Part shown: piece after piece, positions 28,342 through 41,325 of the stretch
Layout of the letters: every line of letters starts with the position of its first letter
Numbering within the stretch: position 1 is the first letter of the stretch
Assembly: GCF_000315625.1 (NCBI RefSeq)
Contig: NW_005434624.1
Location: 513,100-577,099 of the forward strand
DNA length: 64,000 nucleotides
DNA from: Guillardia theta CCMP2712
Taxonomy: Eukaryota > Protista > Cryptophyta
Direction: 5' to 3'
Notes under the pieces: model-generated
Told to the model about the DNA's origin: nothing
The model's database searches: none
The model's input: only the letters and a program-made list of their open reading frames with translations
Position numbers and translations under genes: made by a program

Positions 28342-28860
28342 ATGGCCCGCAACGAATCCACACTAGGGCAGGGAGCAAGAATCGCGTCGTCAACAGCTAT
28401 AGTTGAGAAAGTTACGGTCTCACCAAGAGTTCGCCCAGGAGATCTGAAAAAACAGCCATTGGAGGTCCATCTTGACCTCAATGTGCTCGAGCCCTTGTAC
28501 GGTCTTCGGCAAGAGGAGGCGGCTGAAAGACTTGGCATTTGCCTTACAAGTTTGAAGGCTGCCTGCAGGAAACTCGGCTTGAGACGATGGCCATACAAGA
28601 AAGACAAATTATGCATCTCACAGACAGCCCAATCTAACTCTGTCAGCACTGGATCCAATCAATGTTTTCCAGAACTTGGTCAAGTAGACAAGGCTCCTCC
28701 TCAGATCCCGCCCGACACCAACTTGAGCCTTCAAGGCGATGGCGCAGATGAGGATGACGGTGACAAGCCAATCAGTTCTGGATGGATAGGATGGTATCTT
28801 AATTCGAACGATCAAGATCCAATCATCTATGACAGCGCATTTCAATCTTCAGGAATTTGA
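28342..28860 (+). CDS. RWP-RK domain transcription factor (copy 4, intronless)
   Basis: LYGLRQEEAAERLGICLTSLKAACRKLGLRRWPYKK; C-terminal WIGWYLNSNDQDP. Confidence 0.9.
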   Translation: MARNESTLGQGARIASSTAIVEKVTVSPRVRPGDLKKQPLEVHLDLNVLEPLYGLRQEEAAERLGICLTSLKAACRKLGLRRWPYKKDKLCISQTAQSNSVSTGSNQCFPELGQVDKAPPQIPPDTNLSLQGDGADEDDGDKPISSGWIGWYLNSNDQDPIIYDSAFQSSGI

Positions 28861-28869
28861 CTCAAACCA

Positions 28870-29710
28870 GATGCGGTCGCTCTGATCTGCGGCACTGCCA
28901 ACCGTTGAACGTATGTTAGTCGGGCAGAAAGGCGAGGAACCGTATTCCTTTCGGTCGAATTGAGAGAGTCTTGGCGGCTTGAAACCAACTGAGTAAGCCT
29001 CAGGCCACTACTAGTTAAAAAGTTAGGAAATGAACTTGGCGTGACGGCGGAACCAAGTTGTGACTCCCGGTAGAAGCCGCCGAAGTTACGACAGCAGCCG
29101 CTAGTCGCCTGGCAGGCTGGCACTTCCTAGTCCAGCCAGGCCATCGCCTCCGATCACTCTGTGCGGTCTCAGCGGCGCGGCACTGCAGCCTATACCGGGC
29201 GGCCAAGGGGCTGCCGCACGGTCGCCGACTCTGCGCGGGGCGCGAAAACTTCCGAAGTTCAAGCCTGCGCAGGCTTGCTTTCCTACGCTGCCGTACGGCG
29301 TTCGAGTCCGCGGCCGTCAGCGAGTCCGAGCGGCCGTGCCCGGCCGGGCGGCCGCGGCATCGGCCGGCGTGACGGCCGGAAGCCGCCTCGGACTCCGGAA
29401 GGAGTCACTGAGTTCAAGTCAACTTGACAGTCACGAGTGATGCGGGGGCCGCGTGCGCCGGGCCGCCCGGCCCCCGGGCGGGCGGAGCGGTGACGGTGCG
29501 CGGCGCCGGCCGCGGCCACAGTCACTGCCACTCAGCCGATTGCAGGCCGGGCAAGATCGGATTGAGCCCGGGCCCGGGGGCACGGCCCGGGGGAGACTAC
29601 TGAATTGAACTGCACAGGCCTTTAAAAATAAACGACTAAAGTTGGCAAATCTTGAACTTCGGAAACTCAAAAGTGCGCCGGGTCAACCGGGCCCGCCCGT
29701 GTTCAAGTTT
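28870..29710. other. GC/CpG-rich island with a 14-bp inverted repeat around its core
   Basis: ttccgaagttcaag (29250-29263) and cttgaacttcggaa (29651-29664). Confidence 0.7.
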
Positions 29711-30471
29711 TTATAAATTTGTGGAGACATCAATTTCTGATTTCACTAAGAATCCTTCCGCTGCCCCTGGCCCTTTTCAGGTTAGTACCACCCTACCCTT
29801 CAATCGATGCACCTACCCGTACATTATGCCAACTTATTGTATCTTCTAGCACCCCATCACTCCACCCCCCACCCCCTTCTTTACCGACCCCCATGAAGGA
29901 TTCTGGTTTTATCTCATTTCAAAACAACATCCCCTCCATTGGCACGGCGTCAGCCTCCGTCTGATTTCCTTTATGCCTCACGACAAAAATTCGAAAAGAC
30001 ACTTTTTCGATCTTTGACTGATGGGCTCCACGGACTTCTCATGGCGCATCAGCGGTCTTCGTTATCAAGAGACAACGTTTGGCTTGAGATAGAATCTGAA
30101 ATATTGCTTTTTCATCACCGCCCTCGTTTCCGCGCACGGCGCCCTCACGCACCACCCCTTTACAAATATTTCAAGCTCTGATAGTACCGGTGTAATTGAA
30201 GACATAAGTACCGGTCATAAAGTCACACTACCCCTCTATACCTCCAGGCGTCTGATAAAATCCTTAAAACGCATCGCTTGCCCCCATGCCCCTGCAACGT
30301 TCCCGACAGCTCGCCCTTATAAAGTTGCAGCAGGGAATTTCCGACTACCTCCCGCTCCCGCTGTCTTCACCAGAACTCTGCAACCAGCCTGTTTAGTGGT
30401 CCTCCATTGTAGCCAACTGCAACAAGCCTGTACAACACCTACACAGCAACAGCACAAATCACCTTTGAGAC

Positions 30472-31035
30472 ATGGAACCATCTGTGATTGTTTCCCCACG
30501 CGTTCGGGGCGCATCATCGTCATCAGCAGCCGATGTGAAGCTGGACCTTCAAACCCTTCAACCCCTCTTCAGCATGAAGCAAGAGGTCGCTGCGGAAAGA
30601 CTGGGCATATGCCTGACAAGCTTAAAATCTGCCTGCCGAAAGCTCGGAATCCGGCGATGGCCTTACTCAAGGAAGGGATCGATCCCCAAAAAGGCTCCGA
30701 ACTACATCAGATCAGATCCTCCTCCTGCGGTGCCGGATTTGACTATCGGTACAAGTGCTCGCATGCCCATCCAAGAGGGCCCGTCGCATACAGTATCATG
30801 CCCGACTTTACACGACGCACCGAACAAAGTTGATCCGGAGCATACTCCGATCGTGCAACGGGATTACGAAATCTTTGTAAAAAAACCAAACTCCCCCACA
30901 CATCAGACCGATTTCTTCGTGGGATGCTTTGCTGTCAAGCGCGAGAAAGAAGCAACCACTATTTGTAAGGAGTGGATCGACTGGTATATCAACAGCGATG
31001 ATAGCGATCCTGTATTCACTCACAAGAGCCTATGA
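30472..31035 (+). CDS. RWP-RK domain transcription factor (copy 5, intronless)
   Basis: LFSMKQEVAAERLGICLTSLKSACRKLGIRRWPYSRK; C-terminal WIDWYINSDDSDP. Confidence 0.9.
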   Translation: MEPSVIVSPRVRGASSSSAADVKLDLQTLQPLFSMKQEVAAERLGICLTSLKSACRKLGIRRWPYSRKGSIPKKAPNYIRSDPPPAVPDLTIGTSARMPIQEGPSHTVSCPTLHDAPNKVDPEHTPIVQRDYEIFVKKPNSPTHQTDFFVGCFAVKREKEATTICKEWIDWYINSDDSDPVFTHKSL

Positions 31036-31110
31036 CAATTATTGGGAATTAATATCTTTCAAACTAATAAATCCAAGTTACATGTTACAAAATGGGTTGC
31101 ATTGAAGACA

Positions 31111-32144
31111 TCATCGACTACCCAGTTCCCACACTTTAGGTCCGAGAACCTTGGCAGCCAGGTCCTTGTCCATTGGCACTCCGACACCCCTGATATTCTA
31201 TGGTCAAGCCAACAGTGCTAGACAACAAGAGTCATAGAGAGAGTAAGGGAGATGCAAAGGACAGATACAAGTCTGCGATGACGACAAGATCGTTGTTCAC
31301 CTGAAGAGACACCTCGCGTAATGGTATTGGCACACCTGTGCGCAAATCAGAAGATCATCTACTTGATTCCTTACACCCACATCGCATTTTAGTTCTTTCC
31401 ATCCTTTCTTGTAGATCTCGACAGCCCGCGACGCATCCTTTGCAACACCATCGCCTTCCTGCAAAGCAATCAGGAAAAGGATCAAACATGGTGCCGCGAA
31501 AGGTTCAATCATGTTAAAAAAAAAAGGACAGTCATGGCTAGGATCAATACCACTGGCAAGCAACACACACCTCATAGATCAATCCTAGATTACTTGTTGC
31601 CGCTTTGTGCCCATTCAGCGACGCTTTCATGTACATCTCTGCTGCCCTCTCCATATCCTTCTTGACACCTCGACCCCTTGCATAACAGACAGCAAGGTTG
31701 TACTGCCCCTCCGGCATCTTTAGTTGTGCAGCTCTGAGGAAGAGTTTTGCCGCCATCTCCTGATCCTGTTGTACTCCTTCCCCTTTGGCATAACAATACC
31801 CGAGCGCACAGATGGCCTTGTCGTGCCCTTGCTTCGCAGCTTCCTGATACCACAGCGCAGCGGAGGCAACGTCTACATCCACCCCTCTGCCTTGCTCGTA
31901 GCACCTTCCAAGGTCATACTGCGCATCAGCATCGCCATCTGCTGCCCCCCTCCTCAGCCAAAAGATCCCTTCTTCCGAGTCTGACTGGACCCCATCCCCT
32001 CGCAGGAGGATCTGACCAACCTGGCCCCTCTTTTGACCCAACTCCTTCCTGAGAGCCTTGCTGTACTCCAGAGGAGCAGACCACGAGCCATTGCTTGCAA
32101 ACGACATGTGAAAGGAGCCTGTCTTGCCGTCTCCTCTCGACCAT
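31111..32144 (-). CDS. Sel1-like repeat protein, multi-exon
   Basis: AQYDLGRCYEQGRGV, AICALGYCYAKGEGV, GQYNLAVCYARGRGV repeats. Confidence 0.88.
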
Positions 32145-32523
32145 GAACGGCTAGCAACACATCATCTTCCCGGACGTCGCCAACGACGCTTCCTTTCCGT
32201 TGGTTGCCCTGCTGCCTTACAAAACCATGCGATCTTTTGGGTACGTTTTGCTGCCCCCTTTATTTGCTAAAATAATCTCAGTGAGGCAGGCTTGATAATG
32301 TTGACACCAGGACACACAACTAACAATTTGAATGTCTCTAAAAGGGGTGGGGTGGAAATGAACTACCACCCTGTTGAATAAAGGGGGTTAACAGTTGCTC
32401 TAGTATATGACCGGTACTTTTGCCTTCCAATAACAGTCAGACGCATGGGTGCTTTATAGCATGTTGCTAATGAACAGGGTACTGTTAGTCAGTATGGTAG
32501 GGTAGTGATTCTGACTCTTCAGC

Positions 32524-34240
32524 ATGGCCATGCGGGATGTACGCTGGGTCGTCACCGTGTTGGTGGCGATGGCAGCCGCAGCCATGGCGCAAGAAGCTGA
32601 GGGAGAAGGAGAGGAGGCAACAGCAGGAGGCTGCTCATTCACAGCTACCGTACCTTGGACCTGGAGCGCTCCTGTAGAAGTGGACCTCGCTCAAAGGATT
32701 CAGGCAAAGAGCGATAATCCTTTGGCACTGCATGCTATCTGTATGACAAGTGATAACTCGTTTGTTGTTCTAATGCGCTCATGCAGGTAAATGCCCGGCA
32801 GAAAAATCCGGGGATGTCTCAACGAACTGCGAATGCACTGGGCAGAACGAGGACGACTGTGATGCCTACTCACGAATCATGGCCTACATATTTCTTTTCA
32901 TGGAGAGATTTATGGGCGTTATCATTCACATCAACGACTACTCCCAGAAGTATCACATCGAGAATGTGAGTTGTGATCCTACGTTCAATAGAAGGAAGGT
33001 GATTCTTTCTCCTCCAGGTCTTGTTCTGGACGATCCTGGGAACGATCTTCTTCTGGTTTGGGATCGGGGCAATCTTGTAAGATCTTGTGAGGGATGGCAT
33101 GCGTTTGTTGAAGGATGCTCTCAGATACTCTGAGATCAAAGCCGTCATCATCGCGAGGGAGCGAGATGAACGTGACAGACTAGTACGTATCGCATTCAGA
33201 GGCAGGTCAAAAATGATCTCTCCTGTCAGGTTAGCAGGGAGTACCTGAAGAAGGATGAAATCAAGTGCGAGCAACTCGAAGCTCGTAAGCATTTCTTCTC
33301 CCAGCTATCACCCGTGCTCAACTGATGCGCAGGGGAGTTGGAGGCAACTCGTCCTCGACCCTACCTCACTATGACCGGCTTCGCGCTTTTCTGGATCGGA
33401 CTTATGTGCCAGTTTACTCCATTCTGTGGGATCCTGGGGATGATCTTTCCAGGTCGAATGCAGGAGGCAGCAGTTAGCATGTGCTGATTCTGAGAGCAGG
33501 ACTTGAGTTCTTCCAGGGGTTCTGCTTCCTATTCGTGGTTGTCGGCACTTTCACCCTCGCCCTTAGCGCATTCTTCCTTGTCGTCGGGCTGTGTTGGTCC
33601 TGCACTAGAGGATACGCAGCTCTTGTCTTCATTGTGCGGCACTTGTTCTCTGCTGAGGGGATGCAGGAGGCTGACTCGTGCTCAGGTCCTTGGCCTGCTG
33701 GGGGACTTGGTCATGTTTGCGGGGTTCTGGTTCATCGTGGGCTGGTGGATCCTGTCGGCTGCCGTCCTGTACATCTACTTCTCGTGGGCTCCTGACAACT
33801 ACAGCTCCCCCTACCTGCAGGTGGGGAAGGTGAGAAAAGGTGGCGGCAGGTCTGACAGGTCATGGCAGGACCTGGGCAACTTCTACAAGCCCAGCCACGA
33901 CGTGAATGACTGGATGGATGTGATGTGCTACCGTTGGTTGCTGCGGGCGATGACGTGTTGGGGCAGGCGGCGAAGAGAGGGGGAGAATCGTTCCAGGCGG
34001 AGACAGTGGATCTCGTGAAGAACATCCCAGGAGGGAAGGAGGCTGTTGAAGCAGGAGACAAGGTTGGTCTCTGCCTCGGTGATGTTTGGACGCAAAGCTG
34101 ATGTGAGATACTTCCAGATGTTCTCCTCCCTCTCGAGCTCCAAGGAGGAGACGAAGGAAACAGGTTGCGAGACGATGACGTCTGACGAGGGGCGTGACTG
34201 TGTTGGCAGCGTCCGGCGCAATCTGAACAAAATGAGTTGA
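32524..34240 (+). CDS. Hypothetical multi-pass membrane protein with signal peptide, multi-exon; end uncertain
   Basis: N-terminal VVTVLVAMAAAAMA-QE; several hydrophobic exons, e.g. 33500-33610 and 33690-33790. Confidence 0.55.
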
Positions 34241-34439
34241 AAGCACGCGCTTGTTATTGGGAAGGAAACTTCTCATTGGGCGTGGAAATTATTTCTTGTG
34301 CGATAGTTATTCCCCTGGTTTTCTCTCGCCATGCCTATCCCTTTCATATCCCGATCTCTCTCTTTTAATCATGTACATGTTTTTCCATGAAGAAGCAATC
34401 TCATTGCAGATGAATACCACATTAGATGTTCTTCATTCC

Positions 34440-37167
34440 CTTGTCAATTTAGAAAGACCTCAGCTGGGAGATTCCGACTCCTTTGCAAAGGGGCTGAAAC
34501 GAGACTGAGCGAGGCAGAGGAGCAACGAGGAAGGGGGAAGCGGGGAAGGAGCTCCAAGAGCTGGAGGAGGTAGTGGTGGAGGCGAGAGAGGGGAACGACC
34601 AAGACGAGGACGAGGACGAGGACGAGGAAGACGACAAGGTTCATTACCTTGGCAGCTTGCCGGAGGAAGGCTCTTGACTGGACATGCTCCTCGGAGGTAC
34701 ATCAGACGGACTGCACCCACATGAGCACCTCGAACAGGTAAAGCGGAGACTCTCACCGCCTCCTCCCCTGAAAGTTGTTCATCCTGACGAGCAGCAAGAA
34801 AGGATTCATGTCACCAGAACATCGCTTTCCCACCTTTCTCCTCCTCCCTTGCCTCCCTCACTCCCTCAACCATCCTGTTCGCCTCCTTCCCTTCTCACCT
34901 CGCTGCGCTGTTGAGAGAGATCCTCTGGATGGTCGACTGCGAAGTCTTCTTGCTCGAGGTCTCCAGCATTTGCGGAGGAGAGGAGGAAGCAGCGTCGTCT
35001 TGCTCCATGGGGCTGGTGGGAAAGTAGGATGAGCCGGAAGCAGGAGTTCTGCTCCCTGACTTGGGACTGTTGTTGACGATCAGATTGTTTGCTGCGATCT
35101 GAATGTTCATCCCTGCTCCTCCTCTCCCCACATCCTGAGACATGCGAGCGTCCTCCTCCTCCTCCGGGCCCCCATGGCCGTTGAGAGTGGCCACGTGCCA
35201 TGCAAGGTGCGGCAGTAGCATGCCGGCGAAGACAGTCATGAATCCCCACAGCTGGAGGAGAGCGAGAGGAAGGATGCAAAGTCGAGTTAGCACGAGGGAG
35301 GAGGAGGGAGGAGGAGGGAGGAGGAGGGAGGAGGAGGGAGGAGGAGGGAGGAGGAGGAAATCCAAGAGGAGGCGATGAAGGGATGGAGGGGCAGCGAGGA
35401 GAAGAAAGGAATGAAGAAAAGCGGGGGAGATAGGGGTGCTGAGGGACGGAGGGAGACTGGGAGGGAGGTGAAAGGAGCTTCAGGTGCAGGGAGCAACTCT
35501 GCCCTGGATCACCTTGCTTGCGAGGGAGGAGGCGGCAGGGTCTTCTCTCTGACTCATTTCGGCGCAATGGTAGACGGAGAGAGCGAGGAGGAGGCATGCC
35601 GGCTGCAATGGCTTCACTCCCTCCTCACAGGCTCGTCCTCCTCCTCACCGACTCGCTCCAGACGACAAAGTTCTGCGATCCCAAGATGCCAGACACCATG
35701 GAGCAGCTGCCGGCGAGCAGAGCAAAGGAGCCCTTCCTGCCCGCTGCTCAGCCCTTCCACCTTGCTCCTTCCTCTGACCTCAACATCTTGATGCCCAGAG
35801 ACACGGCCAGGGAGACGAGGAGGATGGGAGGGAGGAGGATCGCCTGCAAGCGCGGTTGAGTGGAGGAGAGAGGGAGGATGGAAGTGAAGGACAACAGGGG
35901 AGCAGGGAGACAGGAGGAGCGAGGTAGAAGGAGGAAGGAAACTTGCCGTGCTCGGAGGGAAAGGATGCAGCTTGTAGTAGACGAGACCGGCAGACCTGGC
36001 CAGACGCTTCTCAGCGTCTTTGCCCCCGTCCTAAGCTACGTGAACCTCCAGGTGGAGTCGAGGATGGTGGAAGCGCCGAACGCCACGTGCCTGGAAGGCA
36101 AGTAAGGAGGAGGGAGGAAGGAGGGGGCAGCACCAGAAGATGGAGTAGACGCTGAGACCTCCAATAAGCATGGCGGCTGACTGCAGGATCCACTGGGAGC
36201 AGCATGGGAAAGAGTGAGGGAGCCTACAGCCAAGGGGAACGAACTCACAGACGCTGCGAACATCCGCAAGCCCTGGGCCTCAGCCACTGAAGCGACTGAG
36301 GATGCTAGCATGGAGCAGACCTGCAGCAGAGAGATTAGGGTGAAGGAGACTATGAGAAAGCGGAGACTATGATGAGGACGAAGACAAATGGGTGGAGGAC
36401 AAGGAGAAAGTGAAATGAGGTCGAAGAGAGGGAGGGAGGAGGTTCAGGGAAGGAGGAAGAGCGCATGTTGAGCCACACCAGAGGGGAGATGAAGAAACGA
36501 GGGAGTGAGAGTAGAGAGAAGAGCGGGTATCCCAGAACATGCAGCCGGTTGCCCATCTGAAGGAAAGGGGAGTCAGGAGAGGACAGAAGCCCCAGGGTCG
36601 ATAGCAGCCCACCACTTGGCCGAACGCCAGGATGAGGCAGTTGTACGCCAGCCCTGCGACAACTCTGCGTTAGGAACAAGACGGGAACAATGATGGGCTG
36701 AGAGATTGTAAACTTCCAACATGACAGGAGCAAATCACGAGGCTCTGGGAGCCCAGCAGCCCCCAAGGAAAAGATTGCAGCATGCAACCTTTGAAGACTA
36801 GCTTCAGGCGCCAGTCAGCACTCCTGGTGGCGAAGTAGTAGGAGATGGCGAGGATAGAGCCGAAGTGGACGGCAGCGATGCTCAATCCCTGTCCCTCGTC
36901 CTCCTTGGATCGAATGAGCAACTGAAGTTGATGGTCAGGGAAATGCATAGTCGCTGCACCTGCACAAGATGGAACAGCTCGCACCTTCCTCGCATGTTCC
37001 CTCGTTGAGCCTCCCCGTATGCTCATGCGCAGTGATGGCACTCTCCCCCCGCTCAACAGCTTCGAGCAGAGCCCGATCCTTCCGGGTCCGCTCACATGCA
37101 GATCGACGAGGCAACAGCACAGGCTCAAAATCCTCGCCGCCATGAGTGAGAAAAGGAGAGTTTTCAT
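34440..37167 (-). CDS. Hypothetical multi-exon membrane protein; boundaries approximate
   Basis: Signal-like N-terminus MAARILSLCCCLV; hydrophobic exons (LWGFMTVFAGMLLPHLAW); long purine/pyrimidine introns. Confidence 0.45.
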
Positions 37168-37692
37168 GGGGGAGTGGAGATGGCAGAGGTTGTCAGCTCT
37201 TCATCATCTTAACCGCACTGAATATTGCATCTTTCTCTGACGTGACAAGCTGAGACAAAACTCATTGAGGTATGACAGGTAATTTCATATTGAGCTCCCC
37301 TCAGTTCTCCCCCCACACACAGAATGCTACTGTCTTCCAAGTTCCAACCCCGCCAGCCAAACTTGAGCTGAGAACTTCTAGTCAGCAAGAGTGATGGTAT
37401 AGCAGAAGCTCTTAAAATTCAAGAAGCATCCACACGAATTGTTTCAACACAAGCATTCGCACAACTAGAGCTCCACAAGGATATGCTCCTGTTTCAGACT
37501 TGAGAGCTGCTGCCCACCATCTCCAGGTCTATGATTCTCTCACCTCCTCTTCTCTTACTCGCTCCCACTTATTATAAACTCACTTGCGAGCTCGGGCCCT
37601 TTCACTTCCCCTTCCCCTTGTCTGTCCCCTCTCCTTCTCCCACGCCCTGTCAGTCTGGTACTATGTCGCTCTCCCCCCCTTACCCTCCCTCC

Positions 37693-37736
<44 letters not shown>

Positions 37737-37859
37737 TCCTCCTCCTCCCCCCCCCCGCCCCCCCTCCTTTCTCTCTATCTCCCTCTCTTTCTCTCTCCTT
37801 CTCTCTCCCTCTCTCTTCCTTTCTCTTCTCGTCGGCCCCTCCCTCGCTCCTGTGACCTA

Positions 37860-38172
37860 ACTCAGCATTCCAGAGCTAGGCAATTTCATTTTTTCGAATT
37901 CGATTTTTTCCCCGCCACCGGGTCGGGGCCCGTCGGCCGCGGGGCCGGTCACAGGCTGGGCCCGGCCCGGCCCGGCTCCGACACTGGCAAGCTGCCGCCG
38001 GGCGGCCATTGGGTAGCGGCCTGGAGTACGGTCCGGCTCGCCGTCACGGTTCACTTTGTTCTCTTCTCGCCGTTTGGCTTGGCACGGCGGCGACAGTCAC
38101 GGTGATGGCTGCCTGGTCAAGCCGCTCCTGATTGTCCTCGTACTGATTTTTAAGGCTTAACTTTGAGTAAAG
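37860..38172. other. GC-rich island ending in a dispersed motif copy at 38125-38172
   Basis: ctcctgattgtcctcgtactgatttttaaggcttaactttgagtaaag (2-nt insertion). Confidence 0.8.
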
Positions 38173-38965
38173 ATCAATCTTGCCGTTTGTGCCCCCCGGG
38201 GTTCTGAGGTAGGGGTGGAAAGCAGTGATAGAGGGGGTGCTGTTGAGTTCGGTAGGATAACAGAGGAAGAGCAGAGGAAACTCTGCGGCAAAGGGACTCA
38301 GGGCAAGGGCAGGGAGGGGAGCGGACAGGGAGAGGAGAGAAGCTTACGAGCAGCGACGTACAATGAAAGGCAAGAGCATGAGAGAGATAGAAGAGGCTGC
38401 ATATGAGGTAAGAGAGCGTGAAAGCGAGGAGAGTGAAGAGAAGGTTGACTTTCCTGTTCCCGTGTTCTCTTGCTCCTCTCCTCCTCTCTCCCACCTCCTC
38501 TGTCTCTCTGTCTCCCTGTCCCTCTGTCTCTCTGTCTCCCTGTCTCTCTGTCTCTCTGTCTCTCTGCCTCTCTGCCTCTCTGTCTCTGTCTCTCCTTATC
38601 CTTCTTCTCATGTAATCCCTCCCCTCCTCCGTTCCCCTCGGCGTTTTCAGCTTCCACACCTCTTTGCAACTCCCCACAGCTCCACTTTGCTGCAAGTGGT
38701 CATGTATGCTGTGCAGTCTCCTTTAAGAAGAGACGTAGAGGAGATTTGATCCGACGTAGAAGAGAGACAAGGATGCGATAAGAGGGAGAACGAGGTAAGT
38801 CTGCGAGGCCTCGCTGCTGATCCCTGCTACAGGTCCCAGGCTCTCTGCAAAGTCATCCCAACGGACTTCGAGCTCAAGGACGGGGGGCGGTAGACGGTCG
38901 GGTTGAGAGGAGAGCTCGAAGGGAAGAGGTCCTGGTGCTAGAGCTGGGGGGAATACGGGAGGAGG

Positions 38966-41325
38966 ATGAATCAGAATCAGATCTCGAATGACGAGCTGAA
39001 GGAGAGGGAGGAGGATGCAAGGATAAGGAAGGGGCTGATAAAAGCAATCAACAGAGGAGATGAGGTCAAAGTGAGAGGACTGGCCGTGAGTGCAGGACCA
39101 GAGCGACTGAAGCAGATGCATAGCGTAGGCGTGGCTCAAGGCACCACGATAGTCAGCGGGTGTAGGGACAAAACATTGAGGGTGTGGGACCTGGAGGAGA
39201 TGAAGGAGAAGGCTTGTCTCCAAGGTCACATATGGGACGTAACCAGCGTGGCGATCAGCAGAGATGGGAAGACGGCAGTCAGCGCGAGTTGGGACAACAC
39301 TTTGATTGTGTGGGACCTGGAGAAGATGAACGAGAAGGCTTGTCTCCAAGGTCACGAATCGTGGGTAAACAGTGTGGCGATCAGCGAGGACGGGAGGACG
39401 GCAGTCAGCGCGAGTAACGACTCGTCAGTGATTGTGTGGGACCTGGAAGAGATGAAGGAGAAGGCTTGTCTCTATGACGTTGAATGTGGCTGTGTGCTGA
39501 GCGTGGCGATCAGCGAGGACGGGAAGACGGCAGTCAGTGCGTGTACTGATGAGATTTTGAGGGTGTGGGACCTGGAGGAGATGAAGGAGAAGGCTTATCT
39601 CCAAGGTGATGAATGGGAAACGCGAAGCGTGGTGATCAGCAGAGATGGGAAGACGGCAGTCAGCGGGGGCGCAAACAAGAAACTGATTGTGTGGGACCTG
39701 GAGGAGATGAAGGAGAAGGCTTATCTCCAAGGTCACGAATCATGTGTAAACAGCGTGGCGATCAGCGAGGACGGGAAGACTGCAGTCAGCGGGAGCGGGG
39801 ACAAGACAGTGAGGGTGTGGGACCTGGAGGAGATGAAGGAGAAGGCTTGTTTCCAAGGTCAAAGTAGCGCTGTTACGAGTGTGTCTTGGAGATCTGTCAA
39901 GGGGTCGATGGGCTCAGCACTGCACGTGGCAGCGGCGCGAGGGGTCTGGCCTATCTGTGAGAGGCTGCTGGAAGTAGGCGGGGGAGAGCTCGGCGAGCTG
40001 CGAGACTCGATGGGACGAACAGCGGCGAAGGTAGCGCGAGAGAGACAGGACGAGGAGCTGGCGAGCAAGATAGAGGACTGGATGCGGCGGCTATGGAGTG
40101 GGGAGCTTTTGATAGAGGCACTGCAAGACAAAGTCAAGGCAAAGCACGAGGCAATGGAGAGAGAGGAGAGGGAACTGAAGGAGCACAAGCAGAAGCAGCA
40201 GACGGAGCGAGAAGGGAAGGAAAGGCAGGAGAGAGAGTCCGAGCAATGCAAGCAGCATGAAGTGTTTTTTGAGGTTCTGTTTGTGATCGTATGAGATTCG
40301 ATGTGACAGGTGGATTTTTCTGTCTGCAGGTAGGAAGCACTCGATCGGTTGCCTACAACAGCTTCGTCGTCAGCCGTCAGATTGGCTCAAGCTCCTTCAA
40401 GCTCGTCTACAAGGCTCGATGGCAGCAGCTGCAGGGCAGCAGCGCAGACGTGGCCATCCTGCGACTCCGAGGCAGCGGACTCACCGAGAAGAGGGACGAG
40501 CTCGAGCAGAAGGCGAAGACCTTCCAGCAGCTAGGCCGTCACCCAAACCTCCTCCGCCTCCTCGCCATCACCGTCGAGCCAAGCTCTGGCGACTTCTGCC
40601 TGGTGACTGAGTTGGCTTCCAAGGGTTCTCTTGATGAGATCTTGTACAAATTTGCCGTGGAGGAGGAGACGTTGGGTCTACTGGTGCAGCTGCAGGTGGT
40701 GAGACAGATCTGTGACGGGATGGTGCAGCTCTCGTTGCACGAGGTCGTACACCGGGGCCTGGGCGCGAGGAACGTGCTGGTCTTCAGTCTGGATGCGCAG
40801 GACCACCTTGGTGTCAGTGTCAAGATAGCGGACTACGCAGGATGGACTGCTCAGCCGATGCGATGGATGGCGCCAGAGAGCATCGAGAGAAGACAGTTCT
40901 CCCAGAAGAGCGACGTGTGGGCTTTCGGGCTGACCATGTGGGAGGTCTGGACTTACGGCCAAATCCCTTATGGGTCAACTATCACAGACGATGCGCTTGT
41001 AGGGTCGAAGGTGGTAGACGGAGAGCGACCTGCAGCACCTGCGTCATGCCCTGCAGTAGTGTATACAATCATGCAGGAGTGCTGGAAGAAGGAGGAGGAG
41101 GAGCGGCCAAGCTTCAGCGAATTACAGCGAAAGCTCCAGGAGCGATACGACGAGGCCGTGCAAGGGCGCGGGCAGCAATGCGTCATCTGCATGGATCACA
41201 GCGCTGAATGGGCGCTGATCCCCTGCGGTCACAAGTGTCTCTGCGAGTCTTGCAAGGAAGGAGCGACAGCCAGGAAGTGTCCGATGTGTCGCTCGAGCCC
41301 CACGAGCATCTACAAGATTTACTGA
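38966..41325 (+). CDS. Ankyrin-like / WD40 x6 / ankyrin / coiled coil / catalytically dead tyrosine-kinase-like domain / C3HC4 RING protein; one intron at 40262-40329
   Basis: WD40 units LQGH..V.SVAISEDGKTAVS.S.D.T..VWD; SALHVAAARG, DSMGRTAA; kinase HRGLGARN, PMRWMAPES, SDVWAFG..MWE..TYGQIPY; RING CVICMD..LIPCGHKCLCESC..CPMCR. Confidence 0.88.
39140..39890 (+). repeat. Coding tandem repeat, 126-bp unit (WD40)
   Basis: tgggacctgga anchors at 39185, 39311, 39437, 39566, 39692, 39818 (spacing 126,126,129,126,126). Confidence 0.95.

Noticed and set aside
39140-39890. Regularly spaced repeats with variable intervals resembling a CRISPR array
   Set aside because: In-frame WD40 coding units; the variable parts are homologous to each other; eukaryotic context and no cas genes.
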